From the IMG/VR virus record IMGVR_UViG_3300037524_001274, positions 1 through 47,721 of that record: DNA of 47,721 nucleotides. One strand, 5' to 3'. The DNA comes from a virus (Duplodnaviria; Caudoviricetes). Below are positions 28,562-37,674 of this stretch, piece after piece. The notes beneath the pieces were generated by a model. The model made no database searches. It was not told where the DNA came from and saw nothing but the letters and a program-made list of their open reading frames with translations. The translations under genes were made by a program, and so were the position numbers. Positions within the stretch are counted from its first letter, which is position 1. Each line of letters starts with the position of its first letter.

Positions 28562-30577
28562 GTGGCGAAGAAGAAGCAGAGCCAGAAGGCCCAGGCTCTC
28601 GGAGGCTTCCGCGACCCCCGGAACGGTGAGGCTGCCCGTCGGGTCTGGGAGTGGGAGACGTGGCTTCGTTCGGCCCTCACCGACTACTTCTCGGAGGCCG
28701 TCGAGCACCAGAAGATCTACCTGTCCCAGCGCAAGGACCACCGCAAGCCCTGGGAGAAGAAGTGGCGCGCGCACACGCTCCAGCCCTACGGCTGGATCAT
28801 CTGCGAGGCGAAGACCTCGGTGGTGTCCGACATCATCAACGCGGCCGACCCGCTCATGCAGGTGTCCGGCCACGGCGACGAGGATCTCGACACCGCCCGC
28901 CGCGCCGAGCGCATGGTCGACTTCGACCTGACGCAGAACCGGTGGCGCCTGTTCTCCCAGCAGGTCCTGCGGGAGGCGTCGTACCTGGGGACCTCGGCGT
29001 TCAAGGTCACGTGGCGCGAGGACTACTCGAAGGTCCTCGACCTCGACGTGGCAGCCGAGAAGCAGTTCTCGGAGTTCCGACGCCTGATGAAGGCCGGCGC
29101 CGGCATGGACGTGCCGAAGGACCCGGTCGAGTACGAGCAGTGGAGGGCCGAGCGGATCGAGGAGGGCTACGCGGACCTGCCCGATCACCCCGGTCGCCGC
29201 GTCCTCGACGTGAACACGTTCAGGGGCCCGAGCTTCGACCGGGTGTCCCTCTTCGACCTGCGCTTCAACCCGATGATCGAGGACTGGTCACAGCAGCCCA
29301 TGATCATCCAGCGGATCGTGAAGCCGAAGAAGTGGGTCCTCGACCGCGCCGGCGACGACCCGCGCCTGCCGTTCGACAAGGAGTCTGTGCAGTGGGCGAT
29401 CAACGCCCTGCCCGAGCAGAGGTTCCAGCAGTGGGAGCTGGAGCAGGCCGCGATGCTCGGCCTCTCCGCGGCCACGGCCGGACACCCCTTCTCCACGAAC
29501 GAGCTGTGCGAGCTGTGGGAGGTGTTCGACTTCGAGGACGAGGAGGCGCCCTACAAGGTCATCCTCAACCGCGTGGCCCTGATCAACAAGGATCCGCGTG
29601 GGATGCCCTACGGCCACGGCGAGTGCCCGATCCACCTGTTCCGGAACATCCCCCACCCGGGCATCGCCCTCGGGATGTCCGAGATCAAGGCACCGAAGAA
29701 GCTGTTCTACGAGCTGTGGACCCTGAGGGACCTGCGCCTGGATAGCGTCACGCTCCAGGCCCTGCCGGTCTTCCAGAAGCTGAACGAGATGGGCGTCACC
29801 GAGATCTCGAAGATCCTCGAGCCCGGTCGCTCGATCCCCGTGTCCCGCCTCGACGCCATCAAGCGCCTCGAGCTGGGCTCGGTTCACCCGGACGTGTGGC
29901 GCGAGATCGAGGCCCTCAAGCAGGAGATCGACGACTCGACCTCGGTCTACACCAGCGTCCGCGGCCAGCCCGCCACGATCAACCGCGTCTCGGCGAGCGA
30001 GTCCTCGCAGCGCAGCAGCTCGGCGCTGACCCGTCTGAAGACGGCGGCCACGGTCTTCGAGGAGGAGACCCGCCGCGCGATCCGGCAGGCGCTGTACCTG
30101 CGCTACCAGAACACCGCGCCCGAAGAGCTGATCCAGCTCGGCGGGCCGGGCACCGACGAGTACATGACGGTCTCGAAGGAGAACCTCGCGGACGCGCTGA
30201 AGTACGACTTCGACTTCCGCGGGCCGTCGCTCGTGATCAACAAGGAGATGCAGGCCCAGCAGATGATGCAGTGGTTCAGCACCTTCGGCCAGTTCCTGCC
30301 GCAGCACCGCCAGCTCTACGTGGCGCGCGAGGCGTGGGACATCATCGGCCTCCGCGGGCGAGACAAGATCCTCCCCGACTCCGACATTCTGGCGGCGCAG
30401 CAGGCGGCGATGGCACCGCCCGAGGCGCCCCCCGCGCCCGGCGGCCCCGGGATGGAAGCCGCGCCGGCGGAGATGGCTCCGCCCGCGGCGCTCCCCCCCG
30501 GGGAGGTCATGGCCGAGCAGGCGCCGGAAGGCGCGCCCGCGTACATGGACGTGGGCGAAGCGATGCTCGGGAGCTAA
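28562..30577 (+). CDS. portal protein (P22/SU10-like)
   Basis: 671 aa; YLGTSAFKVTW, VSLFDLRFNP, ELWE, PYGHGECP, SASE motifs; Pro/Gln-rich tail. Confidence 0.85.
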   Translation: MAKKKQSQKAQALGGFRDPRNGEAARRVWEWETWLRSALTDYFSEAVEHQKIYLSQRKDHRKPWEKKWRAHTLQPYGWIICEAKTSVVSDIINAADPLMQVSGHGDEDLDTARRAERMVDFDLTQNRWRLFSQQVLREASYLGTSAFKVTWREDYSKVLDLDVAAEKQFSEFRRLMKAGAGMDVPKDPVEYEQWRAERIEEGYADLPDHPGRRVLDVNTFRGPSFDRVSLFDLRFNPMIEDWSQQPMIIQRIVKPKKWVLDRAGDDPRLPFDKESVQWAINALPEQRFQQWELEQAAMLGLSAATAGHPFSTNELCELWEVFDFEDEEAPYKVILNRVALINKDPRGMPYGHGECPIHLFRNIPHPGIALGMSEIKAPKKLFYELWTLRDLRLDSVTLQALPVFQKLNEMGVTEISKILEPGRSIPVSRLDAIKRLELGSVHPDVWREIEALKQEIDDSTSVYTSVRGQPATINRVSASESSQRSSSALTRLKTAATVFEEETRRAIRQALYLRYQNTAPEELIQLGGPGTDEYMTVSKENLADALKYDFDFRGPSLVINKEMQAQQMMQWFSTFGQFLPQHRQLYVAREAWDIIGLRGRDKILPDSDILAAQQAAMAPPEAPPAPGGPGMEAAPAEMAPPAALPPGEVMAEQAPEGAPAYMDVGEAMLGS

Positions 30578-30587
30578 GGAGAAGAGC

Positions 30588-30863
30588 ATGGACATCAGCA
30601 TCAACCTGACGGCGACAGCGAAGCAGGAGGCGCGCCTGCTGAAGGTCCTGGCCTCCGTCAACGCGGACCGCGCCAGGGAGGGCCAGCCCCAGTTCGAGGA
30701 CGTGAACACCTACCTCGCCGCTCTCCTTGTCGACGCCATCGGCGCGCTCGTGCGCCGGCAGAGGGAGCTGGAGGAGGGAGCCATCGCGAGGAAGTACTCG
30801 AAGGCTGCCGCGGAGGTGCAGGCGCAGGTCGAGTCGATCCTGGCGCCGATCTCCGGCGAGTAG
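30588..30863 (+). CDS. hypothetical protein
   Basis: AAGGAG SD, codon bias. Confidence 0.65.
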   Translation: MDISINLTATAKQEARLLKVLASVNADRAREGQPQFEDVNTYLAALLVDAIGALVRRQRELEEGAIARKYSKAAAEVQAQVESILAPISGE

Positions 30864-30881
30864 CAGGAAGGAGGTCTTCGC

Positions 30882-31076
30882 GTGAAGACCTGCATCGACT
30901 GCGCGTACTACGTGAGCGAGAACGGGTGGGGCCGGTGCCGCCGGTACCCACCGTTCGCGCAGCACCACCGGGACGCGAGCCTGGGGCACACGGCGAAGAT
31001 GGTGCCCCTGGTCTGGTGCGGAGACGACTACCCGCGCGTGTGTCCGGACACGCCGGCGTGCGGCGAGCTGAAATAG
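30882..31076 (+). CDS. small Cys-rich protein (CxxC...CRRYPP...CGE)
   Basis: AAGGAGG SD; common phage mini-domain pattern. Confidence 0.7.
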   Translation: MKTCIDCAYYVSENGWGRCRRYPPFAQHHRDASLGHTAKMVPLVWCGDDYPRVCPDTPACGELK

Positions 31077-31077
31077 G

Positions 31078-31128
31078 AAAAGCCCCCGAGCCAGGGATGC
31101 GCTCCTGGCCCGGGGGCTGTTCACTTCT
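31078..31128. terminator. bidirectional intrinsic terminator where the two arms converge
   Basis: AAAAGCCCCCG...CGGGGGCTGTT long stem between convergent genes. Confidence 0.75.
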
Positions 31129-31159
31129 CGCCCCTGTCCACGTTGCGTGAACAGGCCCG

Positions 31160-31321
31160 TCAGATGTACGGCCGGTACGACCCGTCCTCGAGGATGATCC
31201 CCGTCGCGTCGACCCACCGGTAGGTCCGCTTCCAGCAGCCCGGGCTCTCCTCCTCGAAGCCCGTGACGAGCACCGCGTTCCCCTCCACGTCGATCAGCGA
31301 CGGGATCACCCGCTCGCTCAC
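31160..31321 (-). CDS. hypothetical protein
   Basis: GTGA overlap, GGAG SD. Confidence 0.55.
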   Translation of the reverse strand: MSERVIPSLIDVEGNAVLVTGFEEESPGCWKRTYRWVDATGIILEDGSYRPYI

Positions 31322-31485
31322 TTCACCATCTCCTTCAGGGCGTCCCGGTACCCGCGGTTCCAGGCGGCCGTGAGGTGGAACTTCAGCTTCGCCCACAGCT
31401 CCTCGTTCTTCAGCACGTCTCTGATGTCCTCGGCGCAGGCGAGGACGTGCTCCCCCGCCTGCTCCCTGGTGATGGTCTCCGTCAC
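31318..31485 (-). CDS. hypothetical protein
   Basis: GTGA overlap; 3' part of ORF 31318..32073. Confidence 0.55.
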   Translation of the reverse strand: MTETITREQAGEHVLACAEDIRDVLKNEELWAKLKFHLTAAWNRGYRDALKEMVK

Positions 31486-32180
31486 AGGCCCACCACGCCC
31501 GAGTACTTCGGCGCGATCACGGCGTCGGGCCCCACGAGGAAGACGCGGTCCTGGGGGGCGTGCTCGCTCTGGAGGAAGATGGCCTCGGCGAAGCAGGCGA
31601 GCTTGTCCTCGCAGTCCTCGCACTCCTCCGGGATCTCCCGGGCCTCGCCGGCGGGCGTGAGCGGCGAGGTCGGGTTGGCCCTGGCCTCGGCCGGCCGCTT
31701 GTAGAGGCGGTCGTCGGTGCCGAGGCCGAGCTGCACGAAGTCCCGCAGGCAGCAGGCGTGCCAGAGCACGGCCGCCGCGTGCAGGTTCCCGGACTCCTCG
31801 TCCACCGAGAAGGGGAAGATGAGGTGGCGCCAGAGGGCGTCGATGCTCAGGCTCCAGGCGTAGCCCTTGCGCCAGTTGCCGCGGTCGTACTTCCGCGAGC
31901 CGTACCCGTACTGCCGGGCCAGCTCGATGACGCCCTTCGTGCGGCTCCCGCCGCAGCAGTCGACGAGCAGGTCCTGGGCGGCGATCACCACCTCGTAGAT
32001 GGCGACGTTGTTCCCCTCCTCGAAGTTGAGGAGGTGGTGCGCCACCCTCGTGCGCGGCTCGCCCTGCGGCCACTCGGAGATGGCCCAGTCCTTGAAGCCA
32101 GGGTCCACCAGGGAGAGCTGCTCCAGCTTGGAGCCCTTCATGCCGCCCGTCACCGGGTCCGTCATCCTGATCTCGCTCAC
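31482..32180 (-). CDS. dATP/dGTP diphosphohydrolase (DUF5664-like)
   Basis: GGMKGSK..LSLVDP, YGSRKYDRGNWRKG, LWRHL, DEESGNLH motifs. Confidence 0.8.
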   Translation of the reverse strand: MSEIRMTDPVTGGMKGSKLEQLSLVDPGFKDWAISEWPQGEPRTRVAHHLLNFEEGNNVAIYEVVIAAQDLLVDCCGGSRTKGVIELARQYGYGSRKYDRGNWRKGYAWSLSIDALWRHLIFPFSVDEESGNLHAAAVLWHACCLRDFVQLGLGTDDRLYKRPAEARANPTSPLTPAGEAREIPEECEDCEDKLACFAEAIFLQSEHAPQDRVFLVGPDAVIAPKYSGVVGL

Positions 32181-32191
32181 TCGGTTCTCCT

Positions 32192-33004
32192 TCACAGGGA
32201 AAGCTGCCTGATCTCGTACTGAGGGCGCCCCGACGGCAGCAGGCCGACGCGCACGCTCACGATGCCCAGCACCGACGGCGGCAGCATCGCCACCTCGGCG
32301 TAGTCCGGCACGAACGGCTCGGTGGCCGACGTGTGGTGGCCGCCGTACCCCTTGAGGAACGCCCCGGTCCTGATGAACACCAGCTTCTGGTCCCGGATCT
32401 TGTCCTCGTCGTCTCCCACGGTGATGCGCGTCTCGAAGATGCCGGCGTACTGCCGGTGCGTGTGGCCGGCGAGGAAGATGTCGGCCGCCACGTTCGAGGA
32501 CCAGTGCTTGAACGCCAGCAGGTCGCTCGAGGCGGTGCCCCCCTTCTTCCCGGCATCGTGGTGCAGCGCCACCTTGATGGAGGCGGGCCCCACCTTCAGG
32601 CGCGCGATGCCGAAGGCGCCCACGAACGAGTTCGGCCGGCCGAGCTGGTTGACCAGCTCCTGATCCGACACGCGCCCGTTCTGGAACCGCCAGAAGTGGT
32701 TCCCCACGCACGTCATCAGGATGCGGTCGCGCACGGGCCCGAGGAACTCGGCCATCTCGTCGACCCACTTCCAGGCCAGCTCGTCGATGGGGCTCCTCGA
32801 GTTGTCGTCCGCGGTGTAGCTGTTCAGGTGCGAGCGGTACTTCCCGCGCGCGAAGTCGAAGAGGTCCCCTCCCAGCGTCACGATGCTGTTCGGCGTGGCG
32901 AGCACCTGCCGGCGCCACTCCTCGAGCTTCTCCGCATCGTGGTACGGCCAGTGCACGTCCGACAGCGGGAACAGCGTGAAGCCGTCGCCGCACTCCTTGC
33001 TCAT
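32192..33004 (-). CDS. calcineurin-like metallophosphoesterase
   Basis: SDVH, GDLFD, GNH, HH, GHTH motifs. Confidence 0.88.
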   Translation of the reverse strand: MSKECGDGFTLFPLSDVHWPYHDAEKLEEWRRQVLATPNSIVTLGGDLFDFARGKYRSHLNSYTADDNSRSPIDELAWKWVDEMAEFLGPVRDRILMTCVGNHFWRFQNGRVSDQELVNQLGRPNSFVGAFGIARLKVGPASIKVALHHDAGKKGGTASSDLLAFKHWSSNVAADIFLAGHTHRQYAGIFETRITVGDDEDKIRDQKLVFIRTGAFLKGYGGHHTSATEPFVPDYAEVAMLPPSVLGIVSVRVGLLPSGRPQYEIRQLSL

Positions 33005-33009
33005 CACCC

Positions 33010-33273
33010 TCACTCGCTCACCTCCAGTTGGCGGCGCCAGTACGCGCTCGCCCGGTTCATCGATAGGTTCCTCGCCCACGAGGCCCACCTGCCCGTCTGC
33101 TTCGCCTTCTCCCTGGCCCTCCGGTCGGCGGCCAGCCCGTCCTCGCTATTCTTCCACCGCCGCTTCTGCGCGAGGCGGGCCGGCGTCGACTCGTAGCGGC
33201 GGCGCCGCACCTTCGTACAGGCGCGGCACCGCCCAGGGCCAGCCTCTGGATGGAGGCCAGCCTTGCAGCTCAG
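33010..33273 (-). CDS. basic protein with CxxC motif (start codon uncertain, possibly CTG)
   Basis: Open frame CKAGLH...CRAC fills the gap between ssb and the phosphoesterase. Confidence 0.4.
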   Translation of the reverse strand: MSCKAGLHPEAGPGRCRACTKVRRRRYESTPARLAQKRRWKNSEDGLAADRRAREKAKQTGRWASWARNLSMNRASAYWRRQLEVSE

Positions 33274-33674
33274 AACGGCACGTCCTCGTCGGTCGCCTCG
33301 AACGGCTTCTGCTCCGGCTCGGCGGCGGGCGCCTCGTCGCGCTTCGGGCCGGCGAACTCGATGAACGACTTGAAGCCCGAGACCTTGATCTTGGTCCCGT
33401 ACTTCTTGTTCCCGTCCTTGTCGACCCACTCCTGATAGTCGATGCTGCCGCGCACGAGCAGCTTCGTGCCCTTCTTCACGTGGTCCCGCACGAACTGGGC
33501 GGGCTTGCCGAAGACCTCGACGCGGTGCCACTGCGTCTTCTCCTGCGGCGAGCCGTCCTTCCCCTTCCACCGCTCGCTCGTCGCGAGGGTGAAGTTCGCG
33601 ATGGGGTCTCCGCTCTGGGCGTACCGGATCTCCGGGTCCCTGCCGACGTTGCCGATCAGCGTGCACTCGTTCAC
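33270..33674 (-). CDS. ssb: single-stranded DNA-binding protein
   Basis: LIGNVGRDPEIRY, TQWHRV, acidic C-terminus DEDVPF. Confidence 0.95.
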   Translation of the reverse strand: MNECTLIGNVGRDPEIRYAQSGDPIANFTLATSERWKGKDGSPQEKTQWHRVEVFGKPAQFVRDHVKKGTKLLVRGSIDYQEWVDKDGNKKYGTKIKVSGFKSFIEFAGPKRDEAPAAEPEQKPFEATDEDVPF

Positions 33675-33677
33675 GAT

Positions 33678-34874
33678 TCACTCTCCTCTGGTATAGACAT
33701 CGCGCCGGCCAGTCCCCACCGTGGTGTCCCACGGCGAGGAGAACAGACCGTCGTCGTCGTCCTTGACGTTGTCTCGCGAGTAGATCCCCGGGTCCTTCCG
33801 CCCCCTCGCGCTTACGGGGCGGTCCGGGTCCGACTTCATCTCAGGTGCCTTCTCGTCGATGCCCTCGTCCACCTTCAACGGGTTGATGCACCCTGCGGCG
33901 AGGTAGCGCAGGGCGTCCATGACGTGCTCGTAGTACCCATCCTTCGCCGGCTGGTCCGGGGCCGGGTTGTCCCTCGTCGGACGCTTGAACGTGTAGCCCC
34001 CGTTCATCGCCTCGATGATCAGCTTGCAGCTCCGGTCCACGATCAGGAACGGGTCGGCCTTCGGCGGCGCCGGCCGTAGCAGGTGGCGCACCACCAGCTC
34101 GCCGGCCTTCACGCTCTGCGCCTGGAGGATCAGTGGGAAGCCGCGGTTCGCCCAGATGTCCACGATGCGGCGCTCCTGGCTCTCGTTCGTGACCTCCTGG
34201 CTGGTCCGCAAAGCCTCGGGCCCAGTGTGCCTGATGACCCGAGGCGGCCGGCGAAACCACGGCACGAAGGGGCCCTTCCCCTTCTCGTGGTCGTCGCGCA
34301 GGTCGAGCACGTGGCGCTGCGCCTCGGTCCCGAGCTGCTCCTCCGCCATCTCCCCGAGCAGCCACTCGGCCACTTCGAGGAACGCGCCGGCTCCGATGTT
34401 CCGAGGCATCCATTCCCGCAGCAGGTACAGGCGGGTCGCCTTCTCGTTGGTCTGCCCCACCACCAGGGCCGGGTGGCGGAAGCCGAAGTCGAGGCCGATG
34501 ACGATGGGCCTCGGGGCCAGAGCCGTGATCTTCCGCACGAAGTTCTGGTCGCCTCCACGCAGCGTCCACTCTGGATAGAAGGGGCTCTGCGTCGAGAGGC
34601 TCCAGTTCCTGAGGTACTCCCGCTGGAACCTCTGCATCCCGATGGTCGCGATCATCTCGCGGGCCCACTCCTCGGTCTTCCTGGGATCGGCCCAGCAGTC
34701 CAGCTCGATCACGTTCCACTTCGACCGAGGCGTGATCCTCGAGCGGAATCCGTCGTCCTCGCCCCACCGCACCGGCAGGTCGTTGAGCCTGGACTCACGC
34801 TCCTCCGCTGGCTGGTCGAGGTGGTGATCCTTCGGCCGGCCCGGGCTCTTCGTGTGGTGCCTGACCCCAGGCAT
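33678..34874 (-). CDS. terL: terminase large subunit, C-terminal nuclease part
   Basis: ADP...W...FQREY linker, IGLDFGFRHP, KDGYYEHVMDALRY. Confidence 0.85.
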   Translation of the reverse strand: MPGVRHHTKSPGRPKDHHLDQPAEERESRLNDLPVRWGEDDGFRSRITPRSKWNVIELDCWADPRKTEEWAREMIATIGMQRFQREYLRNWSLSTQSPFYPEWTLRGGDQNFVRKITALAPRPIVIGLDFGFRHPALVVGQTNEKATRLYLLREWMPRNIGAGAFLEVAEWLLGEMAEEQLGTEAQRHVLDLRDDHEKGKGPFVPWFRRPPRVIRHTGPEALRTSQEVTNESQERRIVDIWANRGFPLILQAQSVKAGELVVRHLLRPAPPKADPFLIVDRSCKLIIEAMNGGYTFKRPTRDNPAPDQPAKDGYYEHVMDALRYLAAGCINPLKVDEGIDEKAPEMKSDPDRPVSARGRKDPGIYSRDNVKDDDDGLFSSPWDTTVGTGRRDVYTRGE

Positions 34875-35116
34875 CAGTCGTCCTGGCCGAAGGGATCCGC
34901 CGCGCGCCGCTTGTAGAACTCCTCCCTGCGCGCGTCGTTCTGGCCCTGCGCGAAGTGCCAGTTCGACACGCCCTTCGTGTGCGCGTCACGGCACCACGGC
35001 GAGTCGCCGATGCCGTACTCTATGCCACATTTCTCGCACACGATTCGTTGCGAAACCGGGTGCTCCACCTCAGGCAGCTCGTCCACGACAGGCAGCCCGT
35101 CCGCGTCCAGCTTCAT
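34874..35116 (-). CDS. small Zn-binding protein inserted between the terL halves
   Basis: GGAGG SD before ATG 35116; CEKCG...PWC..H. Confidence 0.6.
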   Translation of the reverse strand: MKLDADGLPVVDELPEVEHPVSQRIVCEKCGIEYGIGDSPWCRDAHTKGVSNWHFAQGQNDARREEFYKRRAADPFGQDD

Positions 35117-35118
35117 GC

Positions 35119-35379
35119 TCAGTCCTCCGTTTCGTAGGAGCCGTGCTCCCGGTAGTCGATCATCGCGTGCACCAGCTCGTGGAAGAGCACCTCCCTCTTC
35201 CGCTTCGGCGAGAGCCAGCGCCCGATGAAGATGGTGTCCTGATCGTAGTCCCACACGCCCTCTGGGGTCGAGTCCTCCTCGGTCTCGAGGTCGCACTCCT
35301 CACGCATCTCCTTCTTCGTGACGAGCTTCACGTGCACCAGCTCGAGCCCCAGATCGATCTTCGACGGCAGTCGCCTCAT
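35119..35379 (-). CDS. small HExxH zincin-like metallopeptidase inserted between the terL halves
   Basis: G.WDYDQDTIFI...EVLFHELVHA. Confidence 0.75.
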   Translation of the reverse strand: MRRLPSKIDLGLELVHVKLVTKKEMREECDLETEEDSTPEGVWDYDQDTIFIGRWLSPKRKREVLFHELVHAMIDYREHGSYETED

Positions 35380-36092
35380 TCCTTCTCTCCTTCCGTCAGG
35401 ATCTCATTGAAGTACGCCGAGCCTGGGGTCCCCGCCTCCGGCGTGCTCACGAGGATGACCTGCTTCGACATCGGCATGAGGGCGGCTACCACCTCGCGAA
35501 GCCGCGGGTGGCGGGCCGCCTCGTCCACGCCGAAGATGGACGCCTGATCCCCGCGCGCGGCCCGGTCGTCCACGTTCTCACCGGTCGGCGCGATGCTGGA
35601 TCCCGTGCGCTTGTAGACCCAGCCCTCCTCCTTCGTGAAGGAGCTGTCGGCCCAGGCCTTGAACCACTCGGGCCAGTACTGGTGGATGATTCCGAGGCGA
35701 TCCTTCAGCATGAACTGCGCCTCGCCTTCGGTCGCCTTGTTGAGCAGGCACCTGCGGTACGGCTTGAACAGGCAGTTGTAGTCCATCCAGGCCACGAGGA
35801 ACCAGCTCACCATGAGCTGGCGGGGCTTGTCGACCACGTGCTTGTTCACGTCCTCCCGCATCCACTCCTTCACGAGGAACTTGTGGTACGGCCAGTCGGG
35901 CAGCGGCTTGATCGGTCGCTGCTCGTCATGCGTGTCCTTCGTGTGCAGCACGGGCTTGTCGGTCTCCGGGTCGACTCCCCAGAAGTAGAAGGCGGCGTTC
36001 CGCTCGCACGCCTTCAGGTACTCCAGGCGCTTCGGCGTCATCCTCGTGTCCGCGGTGCCGCCCTCGTCGTCGAAGAGACCGAAGCCCATCAC
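35376..36092 (-). CDS. terL: terminase large subunit, N-terminal ATPase part
   Basis: DKPRQLMVSW (Walker A variant), ARG, DEAA (Walker B), LVSTP (motif III). Confidence 0.82.
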   Translation of the reverse strand: MMGFGLFDDEGGTADTRMTPKRLEYLKACERNAAFYFWGVDPETDKPVLHTKDTHDEQRPIKPLPDWPYHKFLVKEWMREDVNKHVVDKPRQLMVSWFLVAWMDYNCLFKPYRRCLLNKATEGEAQFMLKDRLGIIHQYWPEWFKAWADSSFTKEEGWVYKRTGSSIAPTGENVDDRAARGDQASIFGVDEAARHPRLREVVAALMPMSKQVILVSTPEAGTPGSAYFNEILTEGEKE

Positions 36093-36421
36093 TTCTTCCC
36101 CTTGGCGAGGAGGGCCCCGGAGATCTTCAGGAAGGACTCGGCCGCCACCTTCGCCTTGTCCGGCTCCTGCGAGTTCCTCGCCAGCCAGTCCATGATGAGC
36201 GCGTGCTGCATCGCAGCCTTCAGGGCGTAGTGCCGGAACCGCTCGGGCTCCTTGATGAACTTGCCGGCCCTCTGCCTGATCTGGCGGGCGGTGCGAGACG
36301 GCACCCCCACGATGGACTCGAACGAGTACGGGTTGTTGTCGGTCGCCGGCCTCGGCTGCGCCGGGAGCTGAGACTCCGGCTGTTCCTCCACCTGCGGAAC
36401 AGCCTCGATCTCGGAACTCAT
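36089..36421 (-). CDS. putative terminase small subunit
   Basis: Helical 110-aa protein directly upstream of terL; positional call only. Confidence 0.45.
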   Translation of the reverse strand: MSSEIEAVPQVEEQPESQLPAQPRPATDNNPYSFESIVGVPSRTARQIRQRAGKFIKEPERFRHYALKAAMQHALIMDWLARNSQEPDKAKVAAESFLKISGALLAKGKK

Positions 36422-36597
36422 CGGCGCGCCACCGTCGACTGCGAGCTGGGCGCCGGCGCCGGCTCGACTCCGCTCGCCTCGAGCATCATCAGCGTCTGGA
36501 ACTTGAGGTACGTCGCGATGCTCTCGAGGTGCCCCACCGCTGCGAGCAGCAGGATCAGCACGAGCACCCTGTACAGGAACGTCCCGGCCGTCTTCAT
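36418..36597 (-). CDS. small membrane protein
   Basis: Hydrophobic VLVLILLLAAVG; ATGA overlaps. Confidence 0.55.
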   Translation of the reverse strand: MKTAGTFLYRVLVLILLLAAVGHLESIATYLKFQTLMMLEASGVEPAPAPSSQSTVARR

Positions 36598-36914
36598 TCG
36601 GCAGCTCCCTTCTTCCACGGTTCCCCCTCGGGCACGAAGCCGCACACGAAGGCCACCGCCTCTGCGGCCGAGCGCGCCACGAACACGGGCTCACCCTGCC
36701 AGTTCTTGATCCACTTCTCCTGGGCCGGCGTCAGCTTGGCGGCGGCCCCCTTCTTCCCGTCCTTCACCTCCAGCAAGAAGGTGCGGCCGTGGTAGCCGAC
36801 GATCAGGTCAGGAAAGCCGACCCCGACGTGGCTCGTGACTACCACGGTCGCACCGAAGAAGCGGAGGGCGAGCACCACGTCCTGCTGGTTCACGTCCACC
36901 CGCTTCGCGTACAT
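36594..36914 (-). CDS. VRR-NUC / PD-(D/E)xK nuclease (resolvase-like)
   Basis: GFPDLIVG...LLEVKDG...KLTPAQ. Confidence 0.85.
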   Translation of the reverse strand: MYAKRVDVNQQDVVLALRFFGATVVVTSHVGVGFPDLIVGYHGRTFLLEVKDGKKGAAAKLTPAQEKWIKNWQGEPVFVARSAAEAVAFVCGFVPEGEPWKKGAAE

Positions 36915-37507
36915 CAGATCCCCCTCAGGTTCAGGTCGCTCAGAATCCGCTCGTACTGCTCGACCGTGAGACGCTGCGGGTTCACCCCCGGCGCCACGTT
37001 GGCGCAGAGCTTCGTGAACTCCTCCGGCGTGGTGATCCCGGCGGCCTTGGCCCCCTTGACCAGCACGTCGTACTGCTGCTTCGTGATGACGTTCGGCTTC
37101 ACCTTACGCGCGTCGTCGTCCTCCTCGGTCACGATCCCGAGGATCGAGGACAGCGTGTAGCGGCGAGCGTAGGTGATGGCCGAGCCCATCGCCTGGGGCG
37201 AGCCCGGGTTGTTGGGCAGCGGGTAGAAGGACTCGAGGAACTCGCCGCTCGTGTGGATCAGCACGGTGCGGAGCCACAGCCCGCCGTCCTTGAAGACAAC
37301 GGGCTGCGACACCGAGAGGCCCGCGGCCGAGAGCGGCGCGCGGATGGCCTCCATCACCGAGGCGAGGTCGGCGTAGGAGTACTGGTACTTCCCCTTCGCC
37401 GACTCGATGCGGGCCGTCTTGTCCTTCGCGATGGTGCGGACCGAGGCCTGGAACTTGGCCAGCGCCTCGGCCAGCTTGCCGAGCGGGGCGAGGACCACCT
37501 CGCTCAC
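36914..37507 (-). CDS. erf: ERF-family ssDNA annealing protein
   Basis: YSYADL, LIHTSGE, QAMGSAITYARRYTL, EEDDDA. Confidence 0.92.
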   Translation of the reverse strand: MSEVVLAPLGKLAEALAKFQASVRTIAKDKTARIESAKGKYQYSYADLASVMEAIRAPLSAAGLSVSQPVVFKDGGLWLRTVLIHTSGEFLESFYPLPNNPGSPQAMGSAITYARRYTLSSILGIVTEEDDDARKVKPNVITKQQYDVLVKGAKAAGITTPEEFTKLCANVAPGVNPQRLTVEQYERILSDLNLRGI

Positions 37508-37674
37508 TTCACCACCTCGACCTTGACCTTCTTGACCGTGACCCCCGGCTCGGCGAGGCCGTCGAACTGCGCCACCCTCTCCTTCGAGAGCGCCTCGCGC
37601 TCCTCCTTCAGCGAGGGCGTGACGCCGATGGCCTTCCCGTCCACCACGTACTCGACCGTCAGTCTGAACCTCAC
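37504..37674 (-). CDS. hypothetical protein
   Basis: GGAGG SD, GTGA overlaps. Confidence 0.55.
   Translation of the reverse strand: MRFRLTVEYVVDGKAIGVTPSLKEEREALSKERVAQFDGLAEPGVTVKKVKVEVVK

Noticed and set aside
31482-32180. 2-aminoadenine (Z) genome pathway
   Set aside because: No purZ and no DNA polymerase recognisable in the window
34874-35379. Group I/II intron or intein interrupting terL
   Set aside because: No homing endonuclease, reverse transcriptase or intein motifs; the interval is filled by two ordinary coupled ORFs
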